This document shows, piece by piece, positions 1 through 8,238 of a DNA stretch of 64,000 bases. The position numbers were made by a program, and so were the translations under genes. Source of the stretch: a virus (lineage: Duplodnaviria; Caudoviricetes); the IMG/VR virus record IMGVR_UViG_3300011559_000001, positions 160,001-224,000 of that record, one strand, 5' to 3'. Under the pieces are notes generated by a model that had not been told where the DNA came from, made no database searches, and worked only from the letters and a program-made list of their open reading frames with translations. Numbering within the stretch: the first letter of the stretch is position 1; every line of letters starts with the position of its first letter.

Positions 1-1
1 C

Positions 2-478
2 AAGCTGGACACCAACCCCAAGCTGTGCCGGGCGATGGAGATCACCGCCGAGTTGGCGTACATGTACAACTTCGGTTATCGCACCGAAACCACGGCCACC
101 CGTGCCCCGGGCCTGAACGAAGAAGAGCACTTCGACAACGAACTGGTCTGCACCGCCAAGGAGCTTTACGACGACCTGAAGGCGAAAGGTTATGACTGGG
201 ATGAGCTGCTGAATACTCGCGGCTACTGGGTCTTCCAAGAAGACGAAGCTGATCGTCCCCCGTTCCTGAGCACCATGGACCTGATGCGTATGCGTGCCGG
301 CCTCTACCATCCGTACTGGATGAAGAAGCCGGATGGCATTCGCGTGGCGACGCAGGCCGAAGCAACACTCGGTACCAGCAATGACGTCAAGGTCACTGAA
401 GACGACGTCGCCCGGGCTGTCAAGAAGCTGGAAGCCACCGTCTCCAAGATGCGTGGTAAGAAAGCCGTAGAAGCGTAA
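2..478 (+). CDS. uvsX: UvsX/RecA-like recombinase, C-terminal part (5'-truncated by window edge)
   Basis: Frame open from base 2; C-terminal motif KELYDDLKAKGYDW...RGYW...FLSTMDLMRMRAGLYHPYW recalled from phiKZ-like UvsX; near the vRNAP beta C-term gene. Confidence 0.6.
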   Translation, partial: KLDTNPKLCRAMEITAELAYMYNFGYRTETTATRAPGLNEEEHFDNELVCTAKELYDDLKAKGYDWDELLNTRGYWVFQEDEADRPPFLSTMDLMRMRAGLYHPYWMKKPDGIRVATQAEATLGTSNDVKVTEDDVARAVKKLEATVSKMRGKKAVEA

Positions 479-547
479 GCCATCCTTTGTGGTGGCATGT
501 TGAAAGGGGCTATGGACTACCATAGCCCCCACTCCTGAGATGTCATC

Positions 548-898
548 ATGAAGCCCCAACTGTTTTCATCGACCAACCCCATCACGGTTGGAATCTACAC
601 CGCGCTGGCTGGCCTGGATGTCAGCTGTGCGTGGCGTTTCGTGCAGACCTACTGTGAACCCAAAAGCAACAACATCAACGACCACATTCGCGCGGCCAAC
701 TGCTACTGGCGCGAACAACTGCATTCGGCCATGGTCAACACCATGGACGTGCGTGCTGACCTGATTGATCAGGTGGACATGCACGACTGGCTGCGCTTGT
801 TCGCTGTCAAGGTTGCCCCGGTTGTGGTTTCTCTGGACCTGCCGCAGGAGATGCGTCAGGCCATGGGCACCCCGTTCTTCGGTTTCGCCCCCGCATAA
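548..898 (+). CDS. hypothetical phage protein
   Basis: 116-aa ORF with phage codon usage, flanked by hairpins. Confidence 0.7.
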   Translation: MKPQLFSSTNPITVGIYTALAGLDVSCAWRFVQTYCEPKSNNINDHIRAANCYWREQLHSAMVNTMDVRADLIDQVDMHDWLRLFAVKVAPVVVSLDLPQEMRQAMGTPFFGFAPA

Positions 899-971
899 GC
901 TCACAAGGCCCTCCCTCTGACTTTGCACGGGTCGGAGGGAGGATCTTGTGTATCTATTATGGAATGCACCC

Positions 972-1637
972 ATGAGTAACCGTAAGGCGGCTACGGCCCA
1001 ATGCCTGAGTGACATCGAAGAACTGGTCCCCGGTGGACAAGCGGGCAAGGACATGGAAGCTGTCCTGAATGCCATGAGCGATGAGCAGTTCGATCAGTAC
1101 ATGGCCGCGCTTGAAAGCGGTGATGAGATCGTCTCCATTGCCATCCCCAATCTGGGCACGGACAAGCTGGAAATGGAACGCCTGCTGGACGTGGGCGCCA
1201 AGTTCGGCCACGAGTTCTTTGAACAGATCTGGCTGACCGATGCCAAGACCGGTCTGACCTATCTGACCCCGGAGAAGTACTTGGTCATCATGCTGCCGCT
1301 GCGTCGTCAGCAGCAGGCGCTGGTCAAGAAGATCTCCATTCCCGATTCCAACAAGCACGTCGATGAAATGACCGGCCAGGTCACCGGCGATTCCAAGGGT
1401 GCCAGCCTGTCTGGTCCGGAAATCCAAGTGCTGCGTGCACTGGGTCTGGACAAGGTCCTGCTGGAAGGCATCAAGGTTCGTGGTGGTGATGAGAAGGCCT
1501 TCCGCTTTGTCAATCGCCAGATCATCGAAACCGGTGAAGCCAACATCGATACCGTACTGGCTGCCGGTACGCGTGTGAAGGGCACCATTACCCTGAGCGA
1601 TCTGATGACGGCCATGCACCTGCGTAACAACCTCTAA
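972..1637 (+). CDS. virion RNA polymerase beta subunit, C-terminal fragment (phiKZ gp149-like)
   Basis: LTDAKTG...LPLRRQQQALVKK...TGQVTGDSKGASLSGPEIQVLRALGLDKVLLEGIKVRGGD parallels the RpoB C-terminus (LYDGRTG...GGQRFGEMEVWALEAYGA...LTVKSDD). Confidence 0.75.
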   Translation: MSNRKAATAQCLSDIEELVPGGQAGKDMEAVLNAMSDEQFDQYMAALESGDEIVSIAIPNLGTDKLEMERLLDVGAKFGHEFFEQIWLTDAKTGLTYLTPEKYLVIMLPLRRQQQALVKKISIPDSNKHVDEMTGQVTGDSKGASLSGPEIQVLRALGLDKVLLEGIKVRGGDEKAFRFVNRQIIETGEANIDTVLAAGTRVKGTITLSDLMTAMHLRNNL

Positions 1638-1646
1638 GCGAGCCTT

Positions 1647-2204
1647 ATGAGTAACCCCAACTTTCAATTTGACCTGCCCCAGCTGATCAGCGCGTTGGAT
1701 GCTGAGCTGGAAGAGCGGATGAACTCCCTGTCGGTGAGTCCGGAGATCTACGGAAAGGTACTCAACTACCTGACTGGTGATCTGCAGACCTTGCGCTTCC
1801 ATCTGTGCAACGATGCACTGACGGTGGGGGAGACCTGGCGTGTGATTCGTAGTCAGGAAGAGCTGGTCGATCTGATCTCGGATCTGACCTTGAGCCTCCA
1901 CCTGTATGCCAACGTCCAAGTCCCCGACGGCTGGGTTAAGCTGAGTGATCTGGTGGCCAATGCCATCGGTTCATTCAATCCACCGAACGTGAACAAGGAA
2001 TGGTGTGCACTGGAGGACACTAGCGAGACTGAGTTGTTCGCCACTCCGACCACGGTGACCCACACGATCGCCTCCAATCCGTGGTGGGTGACCTTGTTCC
2101 TGATGCGTCGTACGCCCACGGTGATCAAGCACAACGCTGAATTGATCCGTAAGGCCGCTGCCGTGCATCGTAACGGCGGCGCAGCTTCGGCGCAGGGAGA
2201 ATAA
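1647..2204 (+). CDS. hypothetical protein
   Basis: 185-aa ORF tightly packed in the operon. Confidence 0.75.
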   Translation: MSNPNFQFDLPQLISALDAELEERMNSLSVSPEIYGKVLNYLTGDLQTLRFHLCNDALTVGETWRVIRSQEELVDLISDLTLSLHLYANVQVPDGWVKLSDLVANAIGSFNPPNVNKEWCALEDTSETELFATPTTVTHTIASNPWWVTLFLMRRTPTVIKHNAELIRKAAAVHRNGGAASAQGE

Positions 2205-2207
2205 GCC

Positions 2208-3014
2208 ATGGAAGAGCATCGCCCGCCATCGATCATCTACGTCGAATTGGACGCCTATCTGGACACCCGACTGTCCAGCCTGGCCATGATCTCACCGGCC
2301 GCGGCACTGGAGTGTAAGGGGGACCCGCGTTACTTCGATCGCGTCATTGACGATTTCGAAGAACTGTGCGGTGTGACCCGACAGGCGTACCGTAACGCCT
2401 ACTCCCGCCGTGACGAAGACTGCATGCGCAACGCAGTCATCACCGAGATCCCCTTCATCCTCAATGAGCTGGTGCTCAAACTGGAGAAGGAAGCCATCGA
2501 TACCCCGTTCCTGTCGCGGGTGGTCGTGGAAGTCAACGTCTATCCCTACAAGCTCGACGAAGAGTCGCGCGACGCCATTGCACTGGCGGTGATGGCACGG
2601 GCTGGGATCGAAACGGAAGTGCGGTGCATCTACATGACCCCTGAGCAGGTCACGCCCACGTTCGTACGTGGGCGCTACTCGGGCATGATCATCTACAACT
2701 TCCGGGAATGGATGGAATGCCACCTGAAGGAGTTTGACCGGGTGAAGATGCCGCGGGTCTCGGTACTGGCTCCTGCCTTGTGGCATGACGTGGTGCCCTC
2801 CGCTGAAGCCTTCACCGGTGAAGGGGTGTCCTCGCACATCACCGGCTTCCAGTTGTCTGAAGTAGCGGCGGTGGAATTGTTTGCCCTGTCGCTGTTGCCG
2901 GCAGCCAACTTCTCCATGGTGCGTGTGCCGGGCCATTACCAGCCCAAGGCCAAGGTCGACGTACCGATCGAAGACATCACTCCGGCTGCACCCAGTTCGA
3001 TCATCATCAAATGA
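2208..3014 (+). CDS. conserved jumbo-phage protein, possible degenerate HAD-like fold
   Basis: N-terminal IYVELDAYLDTRL resembles the HAD hhhDhD strand; GGAG RBS. Confidence 0.65.
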   Translation: MEEHRPPSIIYVELDAYLDTRLSSLAMISPAAALECKGDPRYFDRVIDDFEELCGVTRQAYRNAYSRRDEDCMRNAVITEIPFILNELVLKLEKEAIDTPFLSRVVVEVNVYPYKLDEESRDAIALAVMARAGIETEVRCIYMTPEQVTPTFVRGRYSGMIIYNFREWMECHLKEFDRVKMPRVSVLAPALWHDVVPSAEAFTGEGVSSHITGFQLSEVAAVELFALSLLPAANFSMVRVPGHYQPKAKVDVPIEDITPAAPSSIIIK

Positions 3015-3016
3015 CA

Positions 3017-3051
3017 GCATAAGCCCCCGCCCCGAAGGGCGGGGGTCTATG
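3017..3051. terminator. bidirectional GC hairpin with GCATAA/TATG flanks between convergent genes
   Basis: gcataag-cccccgccc-cgaa-gggcggggg-tctatg. Confidence 0.75.
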
Positions 3052-3052
3052 T

Positions 3053-3601
3053 TCAATCTTCCTCTTCTTCCTTCTTGAGCTTGGCCAGGTCGTCCTCGGT
3101 CATGCCCGTACGGTTCATCACGTCATCGTAGGTGGTGGTGTCCAGACCCACCTGCGTTTCATCCGGCGCCAAGGCCAGCGGTTCCAGACCCTGAGCATCG
3201 TCGATGCTCGGAATAACGCGGGTGGCTTCACCGGGGATCGGGTCACGGCGCATCGGATTGTCACCGACTTGACGCAGCATGAGCTGCACAGCTTCGGCGG
3301 CCAGACGGTCAGCACCAGAGATCTTCTCCTTGACCTGGGTGAGCTTGTTCTTGGCGGCCGCATCTTCCAGCGCCTTGACGTTGCTCAGGAAGACCTTACG
3401 CTCTTCCGGGTCCACCGGCATCTCACCGCCGTTGTTGTTCAGATCGATAGCCACCTGACGCAAGCGCAACTTACGGGTGAGCTTGAGGATCTGATCATCG
3501 CCCAAGTCGGGGACGTCCTCGATCCTGGGGGTGGTGGGTTGCAGGATCTGGTCAAAGCCATTGGGGCCAGAAGACGCCAAAGGCAGTTGTTCATCGCTCA
3601 T
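3053..3601 (-). CDS. hypothetical protein
   Basis: 182-aa ORF ending at the shared hairpin; acidic C-terminus. Confidence 0.7.
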   Translation of the reverse strand: MSDEQLPLASSGPNGFDQILQPTTPRIEDVPDLGDDQILKLTRKLRLRQVAIDLNNNGGEMPVDPEERKVFLSNVKALEDAAAKNKLTQVKEKISGADRLAAEAVQLMLRQVGDNPMRRDPIPGEATRVIPSIDDAQGLEPLALAPDETQVGLDTTTYDDVMNRTGMTEDDLAKLKKEEEED

Positions 3602-3719
3602 AGCGGCTTCCTATGTAAAAAATGTACGGTTACATACTATTTGTACAGAGCAAGCTATCCAAGATCTTTCAGGCCTCGGTTATTTTTTACCGAAGGCCCT
3701 TAACATAGCAGAGCAACCG

Positions 3720-4271
3720 ATGTCACTACTTACGTACATCTTTGGGGTTTATGCACGCTTCAAGGCCGATAGAGCCTCGCGTGCTTGGGAAAACGATTGG
3801 ACTGTTTTCCTGAAAACTCACCCAGATCCCTACAGTCTGGATGGGTTGGAACTGGCACTCTTGCACTGCAGCAGAGTCACCATTCCTGAGTTGTCTATCA
3901 GCCAACGGCGGACGCAAAAGGCCTACACGGCCACCGCCACGGTTGAGGATTTGTTGTCCCTGCTGGGTACGATCCGGATGATCGTTCTGGCGGGAGATAG
4001 TATGCCCGAAAAATTACTCCCGAAAGACAGTGATCAGAAACACCGCCGTGTGGATGATTACTTCATTTCGCTGGAGGGGCATATCGTCTCGACTGCAAAG
4101 ATCTTACCTTCCTTGGAAGGACGGATTGAGCAGTTGACCACTGCGTTGCGCCAGCTGGAAGTGGACGATGAGAATCGCTACCGTTATTACGATCGCAAGC
4201 TCCGCCCGCTCTACCGCGATGTGTATTACGTACTGATGGCTCTACACCAAGCCAGCTTTGCAAACCGCTAA
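3720..4271 (+). CDS. hypothetical protein
   Basis: ATG at 3720 (MSLLTYIF) after an AT-rich divergent promoter region. Confidence 0.65.
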   Translation: MSLLTYIFGVYARFKADRASRAWENDWTVFLKTHPDPYSLDGLELALLHCSRVTIPELSISQRRTQKAYTATATVEDLLSLLGTIRMIVLAGDSMPEKLLPKDSDQKHRRVDDYFISLEGHIVSTAKILPSLEGRIEQLTTALRQLEVDDENRYRYYDRKLRPLYRDVYYVLMALHQASFANR

Positions 4272-4310
4272 ACCGCCCGATCCGCCATCGGGTATTACAG
4301 AGAGGTGAGA

Positions 4311-4868
4311 ATGTCTTACGGTTATAACGACGACCAAGACATGTTGAACGCAGACAACAAGGGCGTCGAAGAAGCCCGCGGTCACCTGAGCAAGATGTGG
4401 CGCACGCTGCTCGTGGCGCGCGACATCGACGGTTGGAAATGGGATCGACTGATGCGGATCTATCTGACTGATCCGCGCAACGGTATCCAGAACAACTCCC
4501 GCGACCGGTCCTCGGCTCGCGGTAACCTCAACAAGGAACTCAAGCGCGACGACATGACCTGGCGTGTGTTTGAGAAGGCCTTGAAGTTCCTCGATCCGAT
4601 TCGTATCGTGTTCACTGTCCGTGTCACGTTCAAGGATGGCAAGACGGTCGAGGTTTCTTCCATGCCGCGTGACCGTGGCAAGATGCCGGAGTTTGAGCAG
4701 TCGGCACCTGAGGTCGATGAGATCCTCGACAACAGCGGCGATGGCGATCTTGTGCCCGAGCACTCGATGGCAACCGAGCATCGTCCTGATTTCCGCAACC
4801 GTCCGTCCCAGGACGTCCTGACTCCTCAGGGCGTGATTGACGCCATCAACAGGAAAAAGAAGAAATGA
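4311..4868 (+). CDS. conserved jumbo-phage hypothetical protein
   Basis: GAGG RBS; RGNLNKEL...MTWRVFEKALKFL; ATGA overlap with the next gene. Confidence 0.75.
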   Translation: MSYGYNDDQDMLNADNKGVEEARGHLSKMWRTLLVARDIDGWKWDRLMRIYLTDPRNGIQNNSRDRSSARGNLNKELKRDDMTWRVFEKALKFLDPIRIVFTVRVTFKDGKTVEVSSMPRDRGKMPEFEQSAPEVDEILDNSGDGDLVPEHSMATEHRPDFRNRPSQDVLTPQGVIDAINRKKKK

Positions 4869-5686
4869 CCAAGCGCAAGACGAGCGCAATCGTGTATGAC
4901 CGTGAGTCCGACGGTGTGGACTATATCGCCATCTCCAGCCGTGCCCGCACGCGGCTGGGGCGGGCACTGGCGGCAGGTGGTCACCTGCCCAGTGAACATC
5001 GCGACTACGGTCGCTTCAACTCGATCGCCGGTCTGATCCGCTTCCTGGGCGGTGACCATCGTGAGATCAATCGCGAGATCAGTGGCGTGGAGTACGATGA
5101 CGCGTACACCGACACGCTGGGTGAACAGTACGAGGAAGTCCTCCAAGACTACCTCAAGCAGGCGTTGAACTCGCTGTCTTACCTGAAGTCCGACATCCGT
5201 CAGGTGATCCGCGACAAGACGCCGTTTGCGGTGTTCCACGCCGTTGACGACGAGTGGGTCAACCTGCCGTGCCCGTTGTGGCTACAGGAGACACTCACTG
5301 CCCTGCTCAAGGCCCTGGCCGATCAGGACACCATGGAAAGCTCCATGGTGATGCAGATCATGTCCGTCGATCCGGGCACTGACCAGGGCGAGGCCTCCAT
5401 CCTCTTGCACGCAACCAAGACGGCTGACGGTGTGACCTTGAAAGAGGTCAAGTCGTTGGACTGGGACGCTGAGGTAGTCCACCCCAGCTCGCCCCAGCGT
5501 TCACTGCTGCAGTTGCAAGCGGCCTATATCGAAGCCACCCAGGGCACCGATGCGGCAATCGACTTTGTCGTGAGCCAGGCCGAGTACGACAGCCTCCCCG
5601 AGAATGTTCGCACCATGATGGGGGATGCGCTGAAAATCCAACGGGCAATCGAAGGCACCGCCGTGCCTGCGCCGAAGAAGGAATAA
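4865..5686 (+). CDS. degenerate NADAR-like paralogue with C-terminal extension
   Basis: DGVDYIAISSRARTRLGRAL...YGRFNSIAG aligns with DGVDHINVCSHGKTPLGQL...HGFFASMEA of the next gene. Confidence 0.6.
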   Translation: MTKRKTSAIVYDRESDGVDYIAISSRARTRLGRALAAGGHLPSEHRDYGRFNSIAGLIRFLGGDHREINREISGVEYDDAYTDTLGEQYEEVLQDYLKQALNSLSYLKSDIRQVIRDKTPFAVFHAVDDEWVNLPCPLWLQETLTALLKALADQDTMESSMVMQIMSVDPGTDQGEASILLHATKTADGVTLKEVKSLDWDAEVVHPSSPQRSLLQLQAAYIEATQGTDAAIDFVVSQAEYDSLPENVRTMMGDALKIQRAIEGTAVPAPKKE

Positions 5687-5778
5687 TGTGAGGGCGTCAA
5701 CGCTCCACCTCCCACCTCCTTTCTAGGCGACCCTGAGCGCCAGATCCAACTGGCGCTTACCCGCCAAAGTGAACCACC

Positions 5779-6411
5779 ATGTCCACCATCTTACCACTCC
5801 CCTCCGATGCACGACCCAAGCCGGAGAACGACGGCGTTGATCACATCAACGTCTGCTCCCACGGCAAGACGCCGTTGGGGCAGTTGGCAACGAACTTCGC
5901 TCACGTCCCGTTCCGACATCCAGTCCACGGCTTCTTCGCTTCTATGGAAGCCTACTGGTACTGGGTTAAAACCGGCATGAAGCACGAAACGCTGCGTCGC
6001 CTGTATGGCGCCACGGCGAAGACGGCCGGTATCCAGTTCCCCATCGTGATGATGCCGCAAGAAGAGTTCGTCAACCTGATGTGCGATGGCCTGCGCTGCA
6101 AGGTGATGCAAAACGCCAAGCTGCTCAAAGCCTTGAAGGATTCCACGCTGCCGTTGCGGCACTACTTCGTTCTGAACACCGGTGGGAACACCGTGGTCAA
6201 CGAACCCAACCGCAACAAGTGGCTGTGGCGTTGTCTGGAAGAGATCCGCACGTTGCTGCAAGAGGACATGCAGATCAAGCTCAACGACGGCACGGTACTG
6301 TTCACCGACCTGATCAAGGAAGTACCGGAGAACCCGGTACCGGAGGACATGCAGCGTTATATCCCTCGCCAGTTGGAAGACGAGGACGTCACGCGCGAGC
6401 GCGAAGACTGA
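5779..6411 (+). CDS. NADAR (YbiA-like) family protein
   Basis: INVCS...GQLATNFAHVPF...FASMEAYWYWVK and LRCKVMQNAKLLKAL match the recalled YbiA pattern INFYS..GDFSNFAAWP...SEHYFQAQK / LRAKFEQHAELRALL. Confidence 0.7.
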   Translation: MSTILPLPSDARPKPENDGVDHINVCSHGKTPLGQLATNFAHVPFRHPVHGFFASMEAYWYWVKTGMKHETLRRLYGATAKTAGIQFPIVMMPQEEFVNLMCDGLRCKVMQNAKLLKALKDSTLPLRHYFVLNTGGNTVVNEPNRNKWLWRCLEEIRTLLQEDMQIKLNDGTVLFTDLIKEVPENPVPEDMQRYIPRQLEDEDVTRERED

Positions 6412-6418
6412 CCTGAGA

Positions 6419-6460
6419 CCCCCTGCCCAAACGGGCAGGGGGCTTATGCCGTTTCTTTTT
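6419..6460 (+). terminator. hairpin + TTATGCC + T tract
   Basis: ccccctgccc-aaac-gggcaggggg-cttatgccgtttcttttt. Confidence 0.75.
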
Positions 6461-6480
6461 TGTCTCTTCAGCCTAGCGCA

Positions 6481-6489
6481 AAGGTATGA
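6481..6489 (+). promoter_or_regulatory. putative late (TATG-type) promoter
   Basis: AAGGTATGA shortly before the ATG; same 9-mer at 62891-62899; phiKZ late promoters carry TATG at the TSS. Confidence 0.45.
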
Positions 6490-6504
6490 TGACTCTTAAG
6501 GTAG

Positions 6505-8082
6505 ATGTCCATGAGCAATAATCCCAATTACGTACCGATGACCGCGGCCAATGCCCCGAAGATCAACGTCGGTAATTCGCCGGGCGGCGGCTACAAAACC
6601 GAAAGTCTCCTGACCAACATCGTCAAGACCCAAGCCTCTAAGCTGGCAAAGGACCAAGCCACTAAGTTCATCAGTAAGAAGGCTAGCTCCTTGGTCAACG
6701 ACAAGTTGGGCAAGGTGGGTCTTGGGGGTGGACTGGGCAGTAGTGCATTGAACAAAGCAACCGAAAGTGCGCGCTCGGCTTCGGAAAAGCTCAGTGGTGT
6801 ACTGGGTGGTAAGCTCTCCTCCACCTTGGGGGCGGGACTGAGCAGCAAGTTGGGCGGCATCGCCGGAGGGGTGGCCAGTGGTCTGGTCAACAAGGGCGTG
6901 TCGGCACTGCAGGATGCGGGCACTAAGAAGCTCAACAACCTCGTCACGGGCGCCCAAAGCAAGCTCAGTAGTCTGGCCTCAGATAAGCTCGGGTCCGCCT
7001 TGGGCAGTGCCCTGGGCGGTCGTGCGAACGATCTGCTCAGTTCGGCCTTGTCCGGTCTCTCTGACAATGGTGTCAAGAATCTGGCCAGCGCCAAGATCGC
7101 CCAAGGTTTCCTCACCAACGGTCCCAAGGCTGAGACCCTGACTGAAGACGTCTATGGTGTCAGCGACAACAACGTCCTGAACGGTCTGGGTGAAAAGGTC
7201 AGTGGGTTTGCCAAGGATGCCTTCAATGACATCCGTAAGGCTCCGGGTCTGGTGACGGACCTGACCAAGATGGTGATGTCCGGCGGTAAGGACTGGAGCG
7301 TGCTCAAGGACGGCCTGGCTGACCGTGTAGTGAGCTCGCTCGGTGGTGCACGTGGGTTGGTCAGTAACTTGGGCTCGACCTTCAAGAACAGCCTTACCGG
7401 CGGTCTGGGACTGCCCGATGACATCTACGATGCCGTCGTGGTGACCATTGGCGATAAGACCTCCACCTTCCATGGTGAAGTCACTGGTGCCCGTCAGGTG
7501 TTCTCGCTGATCAACCAAGTCACCAAGTCCAGTCAGCTCTCTGGCTTCTTTGACGTGGGTAGTGAATCGGCGTTGATGTCCAGTGTGATGTCTGAAGCCA
7601 TTGCACTGGGCGTGCCCGATGCCATCGAAGTACTGGTGGAAAACGCCAAGGACGATCAGATCGCTTACAACGCCCTGTATGCCAACATGCGGGTAGCGGT
7701 GGAGAACTCGGATCTGGATACGGTCTTGCTGATGATCGACAAGGTCGGCATCAACACCTTCCGTGCGCAGGTGCCCGATGCAGCCAGTATCTTGCTGTCC
7801 AATTACCAGTTGCCGCGTGACACCACCAGTGACGACTACGATGCAGAACTGCTTGCTTTGCAGGCCGTGCTGTTGAAGTTGGACAGTAACTGGAATCAGG
7901 TGCAGCGCAATGGCGAATGGATCCAGGACCTCACTCCGTATGCGGCCATCAGCGATGATGCGCGTACGCTGCTGATGCGCGATGACAACTTCATGGTGGC
8001 TAGCCTGATCTCCTCGCAGTTCCAGCAGCCGACCAACCTGATCGATGATCTGAAGAAGATGTACCCCCTGGCGCCGCTTTAA
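6505..8082 (+). CDS. putative virion protein with G/S/K/L-rich N-terminal region
   Basis: 525-aa ORF; low-complexity amphipathic N-terminus; next to tail genes. Confidence 0.7.
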   Translation: MSMSNNPNYVPMTAANAPKINVGNSPGGGYKTESLLTNIVKTQASKLAKDQATKFISKKASSLVNDKLGKVGLGGGLGSSALNKATESARSASEKLSGVLGGKLSSTLGAGLSSKLGGIAGGVASGLVNKGVSALQDAGTKKLNNLVTGAQSKLSSLASDKLGSALGSALGGRANDLLSSALSGLSDNGVKNLASAKIAQGFLTNGPKAETLTEDVYGVSDNNVLNGLGEKVSGFAKDAFNDIRKAPGLVTDLTKMVMSGGKDWSVLKDGLADRVVSSLGGARGLVSNLGSTFKNSLTGGLGLPDDIYDAVVVTIGDKTSTFHGEVTGARQVFSLINQVTKSSQLSGFFDVGSESALMSSVMSEAIALGVPDAIEVLVENAKDDQIAYNALYANMRVAVENSDLDTVLLMIDKVGINTFRAQVPDAASILLSNYQLPRDTTSDDYDAELLALQAVLLKLDSNWNQVQRNGEWIQDLTPYAAISDDARTLLMRDDNFMVASLISSQFQQPTNLIDDLKKMYPLAPL

Positions 8083-8121
8083 CGGCATAATAAGCCCCCG
8101 CCCGTTTGGGCGGGGGCTTAT

Positions 8122-8226
8122 AGTGGTTGTGTCGGTAGTCGTGTCCCTGTATTGGACCTTTCCCGGACCCGACGGGTCTTAGGCTTGGTGCTAGAGCGGG
8201 ACACTTCTCCTACAAGATACAGCACT
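8122..8226 (+). ncRNA. candidate rod-like structured RNA
   Basis: gttgtgtc/gatacagc, gtag/ctac, gtgtccc/gggacac, gtattgg/ttggtgc, gacc/ggtc; G-U pairs favour the + strand. Confidence 0.35.
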
Positions 8227-8238
8227 CGTACGTAAAAA

